IMG/VR virus record: IMGVR_UViG_3300012041_000004
Coordinates: 1 to 59,725 of that record
Direction: 5' to 3' (one strand)
Length of the DNA: 59,725 nucleotides
Origin: a virus
Lineage: Duplodnaviria; Caudoviricetes
Shown: positions 38,784-48,036 of the stretch, in pieces
Layout of the letters: each line of letters starts with the position of its first letter
Numbering within the stretch: position 1 is the first letter of the stretch
Program-made: the position numbers and the translations under genes
Notes under the pieces: generated by a model
Databases searched by the model: none
What the model was told of the DNA's origin: nothing
The model's input: only the letters and a program-made list of their open reading frames with translations

Positions 38784-38792
38784 GTTGGATTC

Positions 38793-39836
38793 CTACGCGA
38801 CGCCGATTGCGCCGACGATCCCGCGCCACTCGATGGGCTTGAAGTGGAAGTCGTGACGCAGCTTGTAGGCGATCTCGTCGAAGTCGAACGAATACGGGTC
38901 GTTCCCACCGAGGACGGCGCGAACACCCGGGTCCTTCAGGCCGATGAACGGGGTGGTGACGCCGTTGAGCGTGATGTACGCGATCGGCGAAAGGGCACCC
39001 GTCGGATCGGAGAGGACGTAGTAGTCGCTCGGGTCCGTGAAGAACGGCTCGATGATGATGTTGTCGAAGATCCCCTTGACGTCGTTCGCCTCCAGAGCGG
39101 AAGCGCCGTTCGGCAGGAGCTCGTTCTCGTTGATCGCACGAGCCACGAAGCGCAGCTCGGTCGGGATCAGGAGAGTGCGCCCGCCGGGGGTGACGATCTG
39201 GTAGCCCTCGTCGTCGGTGAAGTCGTCGAACTTGAGGTCCAGCGTCTTCAGGTTGTCGCGACCGGTGGTCGTGGCAGCCAGTGCCGTGGTGACGATGTTG
39301 CCATGGCCGGCGCTGATGAGGGCGTTGCCATCATACATCGTCGGGTTGGCAGCGAGGCACGTGATCGCGGCCTTCTTCGACATCGTCCGGGCGAGAGCCT
39401 CAGCGAGGAGGCCCGGGAGCTCCGCGATCTTGTTCAGACGATCGGTGATGATCATCTGCCGGGTGACGGAGAATCCCGCCCCCCATTCCTTCACGCGGAT
39501 CTTCTCGTTGTCGAATTCCCGGATCGCCATCTGATCGTACGGCCCACCGAGGCCGCGCTCCGGGATGTCGGCAAACCGGCCGAAGCGGCTCGAGGTGGAC
39601 TCCTCGAAGTCTTCCAGGTCCATCTGCCGGGTGTAGCTCGGCCAGACGCCCTGGATCTCGTTGAAACGAGTCAGGAAGCGGTGGCGAACCAGCTTCGACA
39701 GATAGGTGGGGAAGTCGTTGAGGCTGATGGCCTCCTGGCCATCGATCTCGAACGGTTCCCCGCTCTCGAGCGCGTCGAGATACGCGTCGTAGAGCCGGAC
39801 GTGCTTGCCGTCTGCAAGCCCCATCGAATTCGGCAC
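38793..39836 (-). CDS. Major capsid protein (HK97 fold, Mu gpT-like)
   Basis: WG..FSVTRQMIITD, DGNAL.S..H.N, LLIP.EL, YKLRHDF...WRG; strong codon bias; GGAGG RBS before GTG 39836. Confidence 0.85.
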   Translation of the reverse strand: MPNSMGLADGKHVRLYDAYLDALESGEPFEIDGQEAISLNDFPTYLSKLVRHRFLTRFNEIQGVWPSYTRQMDLEDFEESTSSRFGRFADIPERGLGGPYDQMAIREFDNEKIRVKEWGAGFSVTRQMIITDRLNKIAELPGLLAEALARTMSKKAAITCLAANPTMYDGNALISAGHGNIVTTALAATTTGRDNLKTLDLKFDDFTDDEGYQIVTPGGRTLLIPTELRFVARAINENELLPNGASALEANDVKGIFDNIIIEPFFTDPSDYYVLSDPTGALSPIAYITLNGVTTPFIGLKDPGVRAVLGGNDPYSFDFDEIAYKLRHDFHFKPIEWRGIVGAIGVA

Positions 39837-39837
39837 G

Positions 39838-40236
39838 TTACCCTCCGACCGTGTGCTGGTTCTCCGGGCCGAACAGGACGACCCGAGCGTAGGAAGCACC
39901 GTTCACGTAGGTCGCCATCAGGCGGCCGATTGCGACGGCACCAGAAGGGACGGAAATCCCGGGGAAGAGGGTAAGCGAGGTAGCCGTGAGGCTCGGTGCA
40001 GCGAACACGAGCTTGCCGGCGGGGATGTTAGCACCCTGGAAGATCTGCGGCAGATCCCAAACGCCGTCCAGAATCTGGACGAACGGGCGATCGAACGTGG
40101 TGGGGTTCGAGGAGATAGCAGCGTCGTCGTTGCTAACCCCGAAGAACCCCTGATGGTAGACCAGATCCCCTGCCCGGTGATAGAGCGTGGGAACCCAGCT
40201 CCGGCGGCGACCGGCGCCGATGAAAGTGCGGGCCAT
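39838..40236 (-). CDS. Capsid cement/decoration protein (DUF2190-like)
   Basis: AGDLV...FGV...GVWDLP...AG..V...AIG pattern; directly upstream of the MCP. Confidence 0.65.
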   Translation of the reverse strand: MARTFIGAGRRRSWVPTLYHRAGDLVYHQGFFGVSNDDAAISSNPTTFDRPFVQILDGVWDLPQIFQGANIPAGKLVFAAPSLTATSLTLFPGISVPSGAVAIGRLMATYVNGASYARVVLFGPENQHTVGG

Positions 40237-40265
40237 CTGTTAGCTCCTTGAAGCTTCTCTAGTGG

Positions 40266-41405
40266 CTAGGCCGTTGCGCCAGCTGTTTCGGCCGGCTTCT
40301 TCTCGACTCCGAAAACGGACTCGACGCCCTCACGGGCAGACTTCGTGGTGGGCTTCCCACCGGTTGCGGCAGCCCCGGAAGGCCCCTCACCCGTGATGCG
40401 CGGCCCAACGCCAAGCTCCTTCAGCTCCTCCTTTGCATCTTCGACGGCCGACTGGACATCGCCCTCGACGTACTCGAGAGCATCGCTGAACATGTTGATG
40501 AGGCGACCCTGCACCCGATTGGGAAGGCCGGACTTCGCGATGAACTCGCGGATGGACTTCGCAGCGTCTGCACGCTTCGTGTCCTTCTCATCGCGAGCCT
40601 GGATACCCTCCTGAACGCCCTTGGCGATCATGGCGGAGATCTGCTCGGCGGTGAGGACCTGAGCGGGCGGCGGATCGTCGTCCTCGCTCTCGGTGGCCGG
40701 CTTCACGCCAGCCTCGATCTGAGCGACCAGCTGGGGCGCGTTCGCCTTCAGCTCGTCGAGCGTGATGTCGTTCCACTCCACCTGTTCTGCTCCTTCACTC
40801 TCGCGTGCGAACTGGAGAATCTCACCACCAGCGGAAGGGTACAAAACCCAGTCCACAGAGCGGGCGTAAGCGATCTCGAGGACATCCTCGATCTGCCTCT
40901 GACCTTCCTGAACGTAGTTGACCTTGATCCGATGGTCAGCAGAAACCCCAACGTACTTCTGAGCACGCTGAGTCTGCTCGAAGAACTTCTCGTCGAAGAA
41001 CTCCACTGTTCCGCGGATGCCACCTTTGTCACCGAGGGTTGGATCCCAGCGGGTAGATTCTACAGCGGAGACCATCTCGCGGTAGCCCCGCTTCAGCGGC
41101 GGCTTGTCGCTGTGGTCAACGAACATTCGGAGGCCGTTGTAGATGCCTTCCTTGGCAGCCTTCTGCAGCGCTGATGCTCGGTAGTTCCGAGGGTTCTTGG
41201 CGCGGCCCGCCTTGATGATGGCGACATCAGCCGTCATCTTCCCTGTGGCCTCATCCTTGTGGAATGTGGCCTCGAGAACGTCGATCGTCTCCTTCGCGGG
41301 GTGCTCGACGTTCTTCATGATCGTGGCGCAGTAGGCGTCAGGATCCTTCTTGCTGCTGTTTGCCTTGACACAGGCAGCGAAGTTCTCATACCCAGCAAAC
41401 GGCAT
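40266..41405 (-). CDS. Capsid maturation protease / scaffold fusion
   Basis: MFVDH, GVS, SVDWV.YPSAGG protease motifs; helical acidic C-terminal scaffold. Confidence 0.78.
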   Translation of the reverse strand: MPFAGYENFAACVKANSSKKDPDAYCATIMKNVEHPAKETIDVLEATFHKDEATGKMTADVAIIKAGRAKNPRNYRASALQKAAKEGIYNGLRMFVDHSDKPPLKRGYREMVSAVESTRWDPTLGDKGGIRGTVEFFDEKFFEQTQRAQKYVGVSADHRIKVNYVQEGQRQIEDVLEIAYARSVDWVLYPSAGGEILQFARESEGAEQVEWNDITLDELKANAPQLVAQIEAGVKPATESEDDDPPPAQVLTAEQISAMIAKGVQEGIQARDEKDTKRADAAKSIREFIAKSGLPNRVQGRLINMFSDALEYVEGDVQSAVEDAKEELKELGVGPRITGEGPSGAAATGGKPTTKSAREGVESVFGVEKKPAETAGATA

Positions 41406-41414
41406 CTTCCCTCC

Positions 41415-41636
41415 CTACCCCTCCGTCGGCTCGAAGTTGGGATAATCCGGACCCTTCAGAGTGCGGATGCCGCCCTTGCCCAGAACGTACTTCCCACCAT
41501 TGGAGGTGACGAAGGTTCGCGTCCGCTCGTTCGAAGCGAGGATATCTTCCTTCTCATAGCCCGAGAGCTTGAGGAAGACGGCGGTCGCGTTAGCAGGTGC
41601 CTTCTTCGGCGCCTCTGTTGTTTCCTCATCGGCCAT
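41415..41636 (-). CDS. Small head-module protein (paralog 1)
   Basis: AGGAG RBS; shares the TSNGGxY motif with the next gene. Confidence 0.7.
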   Translation of the reverse strand: MADEETTEAPKKAPANATAVFLKLSGYEKEDILASNERTRTFVTSNGGKYVLGKGGIRTLKGPDYPNFEPTEG

Positions 41637-41645
41637 TGTGTTCTC

Positions 41646-41873
41646 CTAGAAGTCCCAGCGATCCTCAAGGAACGGGGAGGGACCGGCTAGATGTTGGATG
41701 TTCCCGTCCTTGATCTGGTAGTGACCTCCATTAGATGTGAGGAACTCCTTCATCTCGTAGTTCAGAGAGAGGAGATCGCTTGGTCCGTACCCCGTAGCAG
41801 AAAAGAACTGACTACGGAGCGTCATCTGCTCCTCATTCAGTTGTGGATCCTGCAGCAGTGGTTCGAGAGCCAT
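41646..41873 (-). CDS. Small head-module protein (paralog 2)
   Basis: GGAGG RBS before ATG 41873; TSNGGHY motif. Confidence 0.7.
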   Translation of the reverse strand: MALEPLLQDPQLNEEQMTLRSQFFSATGYGPSDLLSLNYEMKEFLTSNGGHYQIKDGNIQHLAGPSPFLEDRWDF

Positions 41874-42618
41874 AGACGACCTCCAGCAGCAACCCTCGCA
41901 TTCTATCAGCCAGTTCCTCGTTTGGCAACGGGCTACCGTTAGCCAACACGATCCTGCACCCACAGCGGGTGAGGCCGAGGCAGACAGATCCATCACCAGG
42001 AGCGCCTGGGAGGGGTTGAAGACCCAATCCCGAGGTACTATCCCTCTGGTATGGGCCTTCCTGTGATGCTCTATAGCACTCGACGCAGTGCTCTGTGATT
42101 CCCAGTCGCCATCTGTAAGGGCCAGGTGGCATTGCCTCCAAGCGGCCCCGCTCGAAGATACCCCTCAGGGCAAGCAGGTACAGCCTGGTTCGTGCGATTG
42201 GGTCTAGAACGAGCTCGTTTGTGACGAGGTCCTCACCGAATGCTCTTAGGAAGCGTCGTTCCTCGGTGAGCTCATCATTCAGGATATTCACGTCTCGATC
42301 CGTCATCGTGTAGAACGGGAAGACCGAGATAGCTCCTAGTGAATAAGCTTGGTAGTAGGCTCGAAAAACAAATCCGGTGGCGTCGTTAGTGAATCTTGAA
42401 ACACTAATAGCACCGGATCCCGCACGATTAGCCAGGTGTATGAGGTTACGTCGCAGACCTCTCCCAACAGCCAGGAAAGATCGTTCAAGCTCCCCGGCGT
42501 CAGCGAGTCCAAAGGTATCGCTTGTAGTTTGAAGGTATGGTGCACCTGAAGTGCGGAACGCCCCAAAGTCATGCTGACTTCGGCCCATTGGCAGCCTTCT
42601 CACCCTTGCCTGAGACAA
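41833..42618 (-). CDS. Minor head protein (Mu gpF/SPP1 gp7-like)
   Basis: After the portal; W.LG..EHC..C ... PG.G..C....CGC; start uncertain. Confidence 0.65.
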   Translation of the reverse strand: MSQARVRRLPMGRSQHDFGAFRTSGAPYLQTTSDTFGLADAGELERSFLAVGRGLRRNLIHLANRAGSGAISVSRFTNDATGFVFRAYYQAYSLGAISVFPFYTMTDRDVNILNDELTEERRFLRAFGEDLVTNELVLDPIARTRLYLLALRGIFERGRLEAMPPGPYRWRLGITEHCVECYRASQEGPYQRDSTSGLGLQPLPGAPGDGSVCLGLTRCGCRIVLANGSPLPNEELADRMRGLLLEVVYGSRTTAAGSTTE

Positions 42619-44518
42619 GGTGCTTCATGTTAGGATCCATGCCTTCATTCGGCACCTTCGGGGCGATCCCAGGGGGTACACCAGTTGCTCCCGGTGCTGC
42701 TCCCAAAGAAGCTGCCAAGTTGCGTTGCTGCTCAATTCTGAGCTGCTCAGCATGGATCATCTGTGCCTCGATCTCAGGCATGATGCCATCGAGGTTGGGC
42801 ACGCTCATGATCGAGAGGGCACCGCGGATGGCCTCCCTCTTGACGATCATGTTGTTAGGAGCGATGTCACGAACGATCTGAGCCCAGGATGTGGTGAACT
42901 TCACAACGTCCTGAGAGATGATCGGCGGGAACGTCCACCCGAGGCGAGCTAGTGCCTCATCGACGAGCTTCTTGTCCTCAGTCCCGATCGCGGTTGTGAG
43001 GACGTACCGAACCCACTCGTCGTACTCTTCCTCGATCCACTGCTGCCAGTCCTCGAAGGTCTTCACCATCGGAAGTTCCATCGACTGGGCAGTTGCGAGG
43101 TTAGCGTCCCCACCTTCACCGAAGTAGTGGGCCATCGTACCGACGCCAGCTCCACCGGTTGTCAGGAGCATCTTCGCATCCTGGGCTGCTCCCGCAGCTC
43201 CGGTGTCCGTCTTCATCCACTCGATGTCGACGGCCTCGTTCGAATCATAGGTTGCCCCAGGAAGCGGACGAGTAAGCTTCTGCGTCTCGGTCCCAGAACT
43301 GTTCCCCACAGGGAGCCCGCCGAACTTCCCACCGAAGGAAGCTACTGCGGTTGGGCCACCCTTGATCTTCCGCTTGTAGGAGATGGCCTGGGCAGCTTGG
43401 TTGATAGCAGCCCGACCCTCCATGAACTCACGGAAGACCCGGAACCACTCTCGACTGGCGTAAAGCTCACTAACCCCTCGCCGCCCATTCTTGGTCCAGA
43501 TGGGGTTGACGTAGACGTGGCGGACCTTCTTCTCCGTTTCCAGCTTCTTTGCGGGAATACGGATCTTCTTCTTGATCTCGTTCCACTTCTCGTCGGTAAT
43601 CCGGTAGTCCAGGTAGTACTTGACCTGAGGCTGTCCATCAGGCTTGTACATGTCGTTAGTTCCGTCGTAGATCAAGTTCTGGAACTTGCGACGGTACAGG
43701 ACGGGTTCAACTCGATTGTCGGGGTTGTAGATGATCCCATCGATCTCAGTGATGGGGATTTCCGTCACCTTGAGATAGGGATCAGCCTTATCCGCGAAGC
43801 AGGCGTAGAACTTCTCACCATCGGTGACTACATCATCCAGCATCTCCTGCATCGCTCTGTGGGACGTGAGGATCAACCGGTTGTCTGCATCGTTCCAGAA
43901 GGCTTCGATGATGTCGCGAATGGGGTCGGGGACATCATCTCCGGGCTCCGCCGAAGTCTTCCCATCCGGCCCGTACTCATCCGCATCGTCCCTCTCATCC
44001 GCCTTCGGATCTACTGCACCAGGGAACGGCATGATGGATTCCGGTGCACGCGCGCGACGGGGGATCTGCACGAACTTGGTCGGCAGCGGCCTGTTGGTGG
44101 GCGGAGCCTGATCTGGGTTCTCCGGGTCCTGCCCAGGCTTAGGTGGCGGCGAAGCCCCGGCATCCACTGCCGCGCCCATATCAACCGGGTTCTCAGGCGC
44201 CAGAACCCACTGAACTCCCTTGCCCAGCGTGAACCGGATGATCAGCTTGACGGACTGCTTCGCGAGCGGATTGTCATGCCGCATTCGGCGAAGTCGCTGA
44301 AGAGTCTCCTCGCGGTTTAGACCAGGAAGAACTTCCTTGATCCCGCCGAGGTCGTACAGGTTCAGGTAGTCGATGTCCTCCAGCGTCCGCTGAAGCATCT
44401 GATTGTCCGAGTAGATGTGCTCATACGCATCGCTGAGCTCACTGATCTGGACCTGTGTCTGCTCGAATACATCTTCGAGTCCGGTGACTCGTGCAATCGC
44501 AAGCTGAACCTGGTTCAT
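42569..44518 (-). CDS. Portal protein
   Basis: Follows the terminase; NPLAK, DGE.F, GVSEL, NLATA motifs; ATGA coupling at 44518. Confidence 0.85.
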   Translation of the reverse strand: MNQVQLAIARVTGLEDVFEQTQVQISELSDAYEHIYSDNQMLQRTLEDIDYLNLYDLGGIKEVLPGLNREETLQRLRRMRHDNPLAKQSVKLIIRFTLGKGVQWVLAPENPVDMGAAVDAGASPPPKPGQDPENPDQAPPTNRPLPTKFVQIPRRARAPESIMPFPGAVDPKADERDDADEYGPDGKTSAEPGDDVPDPIRDIIEAFWNDADNRLILTSHRAMQEMLDDVVTDGEKFYACFADKADPYLKVTEIPITEIDGIIYNPDNRVEPVLYRRKFQNLIYDGTNDMYKPDGQPQVKYYLDYRITDEKWNEIKKKIRIPAKKLETEKKVRHVYVNPIWTKNGRRGVSELYASREWFRVFREFMEGRAAINQAAQAISYKRKIKGGPTAVASFGGKFGGLPVGNSSGTETQKLTRPLPGATYDSNEAVDIEWMKTDTGAAGAAQDAKMLLTTGGAGVGTMAHYFGEGGDANLATAQSMELPMVKTFEDWQQWIEEEYDEWVRYVLTTAIGTEDKKLVDEALARLGWTFPPIISQDVVKFTTSWAQIVRDIAPNNMIVKREAIRGALSIMSVPNLDGIMPEIEAQMIHAEQLRIEQQRNLAASLGAAPGATGVPPGIAPKVPNEGMDPNMKHLVSGKGEKAANGPKSA

Positions 44519-44874
44519 GAGGACCTCAGGATATCTGAGTTCAAAGGTGTCCCACAGAGCGCGTACCACTGCTTCTCACGGAAAGCGTACTCATCACACG
44601 CTTCAACGGGATCCTTGCCCTCAAGAATCGCCAGATGACGTTCTTGCTCCAGATCCATCCGTAGTTCGTCTTCCCAGAAGCTCATGGCCGTTCCACGTTG
44701 CAGATGGGGAAACAGAAGCTGTAGCCTAGGTCGCGCTCTGGATGGTCGTCGGGCGTATTCTTTCGCCCTATCCTCTCGACCGTTCTTAGAGCGGCGTTCT
44801 CGTCGAAGTTGATTCTGTCGTTCCAAGTACTCCGGGTGGGCTGTTCGCCATCTCCGGTGGTACTCGGCAGTCAA
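44515..44874 (-). CDS. Hypothetical Arg-rich protein between terminase and portal
   Basis: Coupled on both sides. Confidence 0.55.
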   Translation of the reverse strand: MTAEYHRRWRTAHPEYLERQNQLRRERRSKNGREDRAKEYARRPSRARPRLQLLFPHLQRGTAMSFWEDELRMDLEQERHLAILEGKDPVEACDEYAFREKQWYALCGTPLNSDILRSS

Positions 44875-46292
44875 TCCAGTCCGAGTGATACCCGTGCAGA
44901 CATGTCCGGGATCATGTCATCCCAGGACATCGTCTCCAGAGTCACTGCCTTTCGCTCCTCGTTGAACAGCTCTGGGAAGTAGTTGTAGTAGCCGTAGCGA
45001 ACGGCGTCGATTGTGTGGTTGTCCACATCAACCGGGTTCTCGGACGAGTTTACCTCGATCCTTTGACGAATCGTATCTGGATAGTGGTAGAGCCCGTGCT
45101 CTTTGATGCAATTCTTGCAACGTGGATCATAGGTGATCCGCGGGACGATGTCCGCGCCGACTGACCTGATCGGATCGCGGAGGAACATGTGATGAACTTC
45201 AAGGCCGCGTCGGATCGTTGTCGGCTTCTCTGTTCTCGTCCGATAGCCCCGAAGTCGCCAAGTAGCAACTGCTTCAGCCGCTGCCCGGTCGACGACGACA
45301 TCGATTTCCTCCCGGGGATTGCCGAAGTCGTTGAGGATGTATGGTCCCCACTTATCTTCAGCAAGTCGGATGATTTCAGAAGTCGTATGCTGAGTCCGGT
45401 AGATCTCGTCCAGAACGTGGACTTCCTCTGTGGGAGTGATCTGCACCAGAAGAACGCAGTAAGGAGCCGCAGAACCTGGATCGACCCACAGGGACGTGCG
45501 AAGGAGCGGGCTGTAGTTGTGGGACCGAACGTGAACGTCGGAGTCGAACTCGGGGAATACCAGCCCACCGTATGCGATGAACTTGGCCTCCCATTCCTGT
45601 GCGAAGGCCTCCGGCGAAGAGTTTCGACGTGCTTCCTCGATCTCCTCCGCGGGAAGGATCGGGTTCATCCGCGACGGGATCGTCCAGCTCTCCCACCACG
45701 CGTGGTCGGGGTTCGAGTTGTCCTGTCCTTTGAGGTAGAACTCATGGAACCAGTTGAACCCGCGCGGAGTGCTGCTGAATAGTGCTCGACCTTGTCGATC
45801 TGCCAGAGCAGGTCGAATATACTGATGCCAGGTTCGTTCCTTGAGGCGAGCAGCCTCTGCAAGGATGACGAGATCGAGACCCTCTCCGATGAGCTGGTCA
45901 GGGTTCTCCTCGGACCGGCATTCAACCATCGAACCGTTCTCGAACTGAATAAAGAGCTCACGTTCCGACTTCCTTCGAACCGGGACGAGGTCCTTGTTCA
46001 CGGCGAGGTTCCAGAGGACGCGGAACTCTTTCTCCGCGAGGTCCATCGTCGGACCAACGATCCAGACGTAAGAACCAGGAATTACGATCTGGCAGAAGCC
46101 TTCTCGTCCTCCCAGGACCGACTTCCCAATCCGCCGGCCACCGTTGACAACTCGGAACCTAGCCGTCGAGCGGTGAACTTGTGCCTGGTACGAGAACGTC
46201 TGAAGGCCCGTACTCCGGAAAATCGCCGCCATCCGATCCGGTGTTAGGAGCGAAGAGCGCGGCGAGGATATTCTCGTACTTGTTGTTGACAT
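44871..46292 (-). CDS. terL: Terminase large subunit
   Basis: Q motif, GGRRIGKS Walker A, STPRGFNWF, nuclease WVDPG and DNHTIDAVRY; start uncertain. Confidence 0.92.
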   Translation of the reverse strand: MSTTSTRISSPRSSLLTPDRMAAIFRSTGLQTFSYQAQVHRSTARFRVVNGGRRIGKSVLGGREGFCQIVIPGSYVWIVGPTMDLAEKEFRVLWNLAVNKDLVPVRRKSERELFIQFENGSMVECRSEENPDQLIGEGLDLVILAEAARLKERTWHQYIRPALADRQGRALFSSTPRGFNWFHEFYLKGQDNSNPDHAWWESWTIPSRMNPILPAEEIEEARRNSSPEAFAQEWEAKFIAYGGLVFPEFDSDVHVRSHNYSPLLRTSLWVDPGSAAPYCVLLVQITPTEEVHVLDEIYRTQHTTSEIIRLAEDKWGPYILNDFGNPREEIDVVVDRAAAEAVATWRLRGYRTRTEKPTTIRRGLEVHHMFLRDPIRSVGADIVPRITYDPRCKNCIKEHGLYHYPDTIRQRIEVNSSENPVDVDNHTIDAVRYGYYNYFPELFNEERKAVTLETMSWDDMIPDMSARVSLGLD

Positions 46293-46770
46293 TGATGTCG
46301 CCCTCGACGGTAACCGCCATCCCCTTGCCGCCGACGGTCAACCGATCCATGATCCGAAGCAGATCCAAGAGCTCCATGTTCTTGATAGCCGCGCCGTTGG
46401 TGCGCCGATCAAGTTCACGAACGATCTTGCCCTTGATCTTTGAGGTAGTTGCTGCGCGGTGTTCCTCGATCCGGGCTCTGAAGTCCGGGTCTTGCATGTA
46501 CTTCTTGATCTGTCTGGCGCTGACACCAGCATACTGCGCGGCGAGCTTCTGAGTTGCTCCCACAGCCAGTGCCTGAGAAGCCATCTCCATATGCGCTCGC
46601 ATCGCAGCATATCGAAGCCGAGGCTTCTTGATGATCATCTCTTCCTGAACATCATCGAGGGTTTTACCCTTCGGATTCAGGATCGTCAGCCCCCGATTCG
46701 TAGCTTCCAGCCTCTTCCGGTCGCCCGGTCCCGCGTCTTCGGGAAGATGAACGAGATCTCTTGCCACCAT
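46159..46770 (-). CDS. Terminase small subunit (HTH)
   Basis: GATQKLAAQYAGVSARQIKKY HTH; directly upstream of terL. Confidence 0.7.
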   Translation of the reverse strand: MVARDLVHLPEDAGPGDRKRLEATNRGLTILNPKGKTLDDVQEEMIIKKPRLRYAAMRAHMEMASQALAVGATQKLAAQYAGVSARQIKKYMQDPDFRARIEEHRAATTSKIKGKIVRELDRRTNGAAIKNMELLDLLRIMDRLTVGGKGMAVTVEGDINVNNKYENILAALFAPNTGSDGGDFPEYGPSDVLVPGTSSPLDG

Positions 46771-47404
46771 CTGGAATGAACCCCATGCCAATCCGGATAG
46801 CCTTCGCCATCCTGACGTAGATGTTGAGAACAGATACGTCAAGCTTGGAAGCTATGTCTCGTTCTGTTCTGCCGTAGACCCCCTCGATCAGTACCATTCC
46901 CAGTGGGGGCTGATATCCCATCAACTTCCACAGGGCAGAGGTGACTGGAAACAAGCCCGGTGCTGGGGAACTGTATCGTTCGACCCTAGTCATCTGGAAA
47001 AGCTTGTGGCCTTCCAGCGGGCTTCGCGCGGTATACTGCTCGCGCGTAAGGAGGTTTCGGCGTTGCCGGTAAGTTGTGAGACTTTCACCCGGCTGGGGCG
47101 GCTTCAAACCCATAACTACGTGAAGATGGCTGACCATCTTCGGCATAGTTTCGGGGTTCCCGTTCTCTGCAAGTGTCTTGAACTGATGGATGCGGCTGGG
47201 GATTTCCCCTTCTACACCCTCGCGGAAGAAGCAAAGTCCGCACAACAGCGGCTGTTCTGGATAGAACTGGATGCTGTAGTATGGATTGTGGCCGCAATCG
47301 AGAGCCACCCTAGGCTCATCATAGGGAAGAGCTTGCTGTAGTTTGGCAGCAATACTCTTCCCCTGTTTCACTGGTGGGTGGATGTTGTTTGCAGCTGGGA
47401 ACAT
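46664..47404 (-). CDS. Putative late transcription regulator (C-terminal sigma region-4-like HTH)
   Basis: GRTERDIASKLDVSVLNIYVRMAKAIR; first gene of the structural operon. Confidence 0.55.
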   Translation of the reverse strand: MFPAANNIHPPVKQGKSIAAKLQQALPYDEPRVALDCGHNPYYSIQFYPEQPLLCGLCFFREGVEGEIPSRIHQFKTLAENGNPETMPKMVSHLHVVMGLKPPQPGESLTTYRQRRNLLTREQYTARSPLEGHKLFQMTRVERYSSPAPGLFPVTSALWKLMGYQPPLGMVLIEGVYGRTERDIASKLDVSVLNIYVRMAKAIRIGMGFIPDGGKRSRSSSRRRGTGRPEEAGSYESGADDPESEG

Positions 47405-47541
47405 CAGCTACCCTCATGGCCTACCGGGGGAAGAGAACGATGCTCATCCCAGGAGAGGTTTGAAACCCGTAGCCTGGAAGTTTGGAGTTCTAAGCTCTTC
47501 CCCCCAATTGGATGGAGGGTGGCTGTTGAACCCTGGGCTGC
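47391..47541 (-). promoter_or_regulatory. Structured ~150-nt leader / candidate ncRNA
   Basis: Nested inverted repeats CAGCCACCCTC/GAGGGTAGCTG, GGGGGAAGAG/CTCTTCCCCC, GAAC/GTTC, CCAGG/CCTGG, GGTT/AACC. Confidence 0.55.
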
Positions 47542-47574
47542 CTGGTGGGAGGCGAAGCCTCAGCTACAGATACC

Positions 47575-47603
47575 ATCATATAACATCTTGTGGTACCTGT
47601 CAA
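47575..47603 (-). promoter_or_regulatory. Sigma70-type promoter facing the structural operon
   Basis: TTGACA-17 bp-TATGAT. Confidence 0.75.
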
Positions 47604-47994
47604 GGGTAGCCAAGTTCCCTAGTTCAACGGGGGGAAGAGCTCTACATCAATCACTTCAGGTGGCTTCCCCTCAGCATCAACAGCTTCCCTACAGCATCTA
47701 CCAGCCATTCGAGATTCCGGGAAGCTGAGGATTGAACCCACAGGCCGGAATGCTATTTCTTTCGCATCCAACCATCTACTTCTTAGGGTAAAAGATTCCC
47801 GGCGGTGTTCACATTAGTCACGACTAAGTCTATAGACCACTATGGGGGTCCAGAGATGCCTATACCCCATCACGCATCGCCACGTGACAATCCCAGGGAC
47901 AGTCCCCAGTCTGGCCTGCCGCCCTTAGAGCACATCTCCGGAAAACCAACTTACATCTTCTGTTCTACCAACACCGGCTTGCGGCCCTTGGTAC

Positions 47995-48021
47995 GGGGAG
48001 GACACTCTAGGTGTCCTCCCC
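47995..48021. terminator. 11-bp perfect hairpin after the GC-rich gene
   Basis: GGGGAGGACAC-TCTAG-GTGTCCTCCCC. Confidence 0.55.
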
Positions 48022-48036
48022 GCCGCTAGGGGGCGC

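Noticed and set aside
38844-39974. Long antisense ORFs (also 43127-44320, 36825-37796, 22601-23479)
   Set aside because: They mirror GC3-biased sense genes and have no motifs, so they are shadow ORFs
47712-47753. tRNA gene (minus-strand GGGTTCAATCC, T-loop-like, inside an ATTCCGG/CCGGAAT stem)
   Set aside because: No D arm or anticodon arm can be built; it is only a short hairpin
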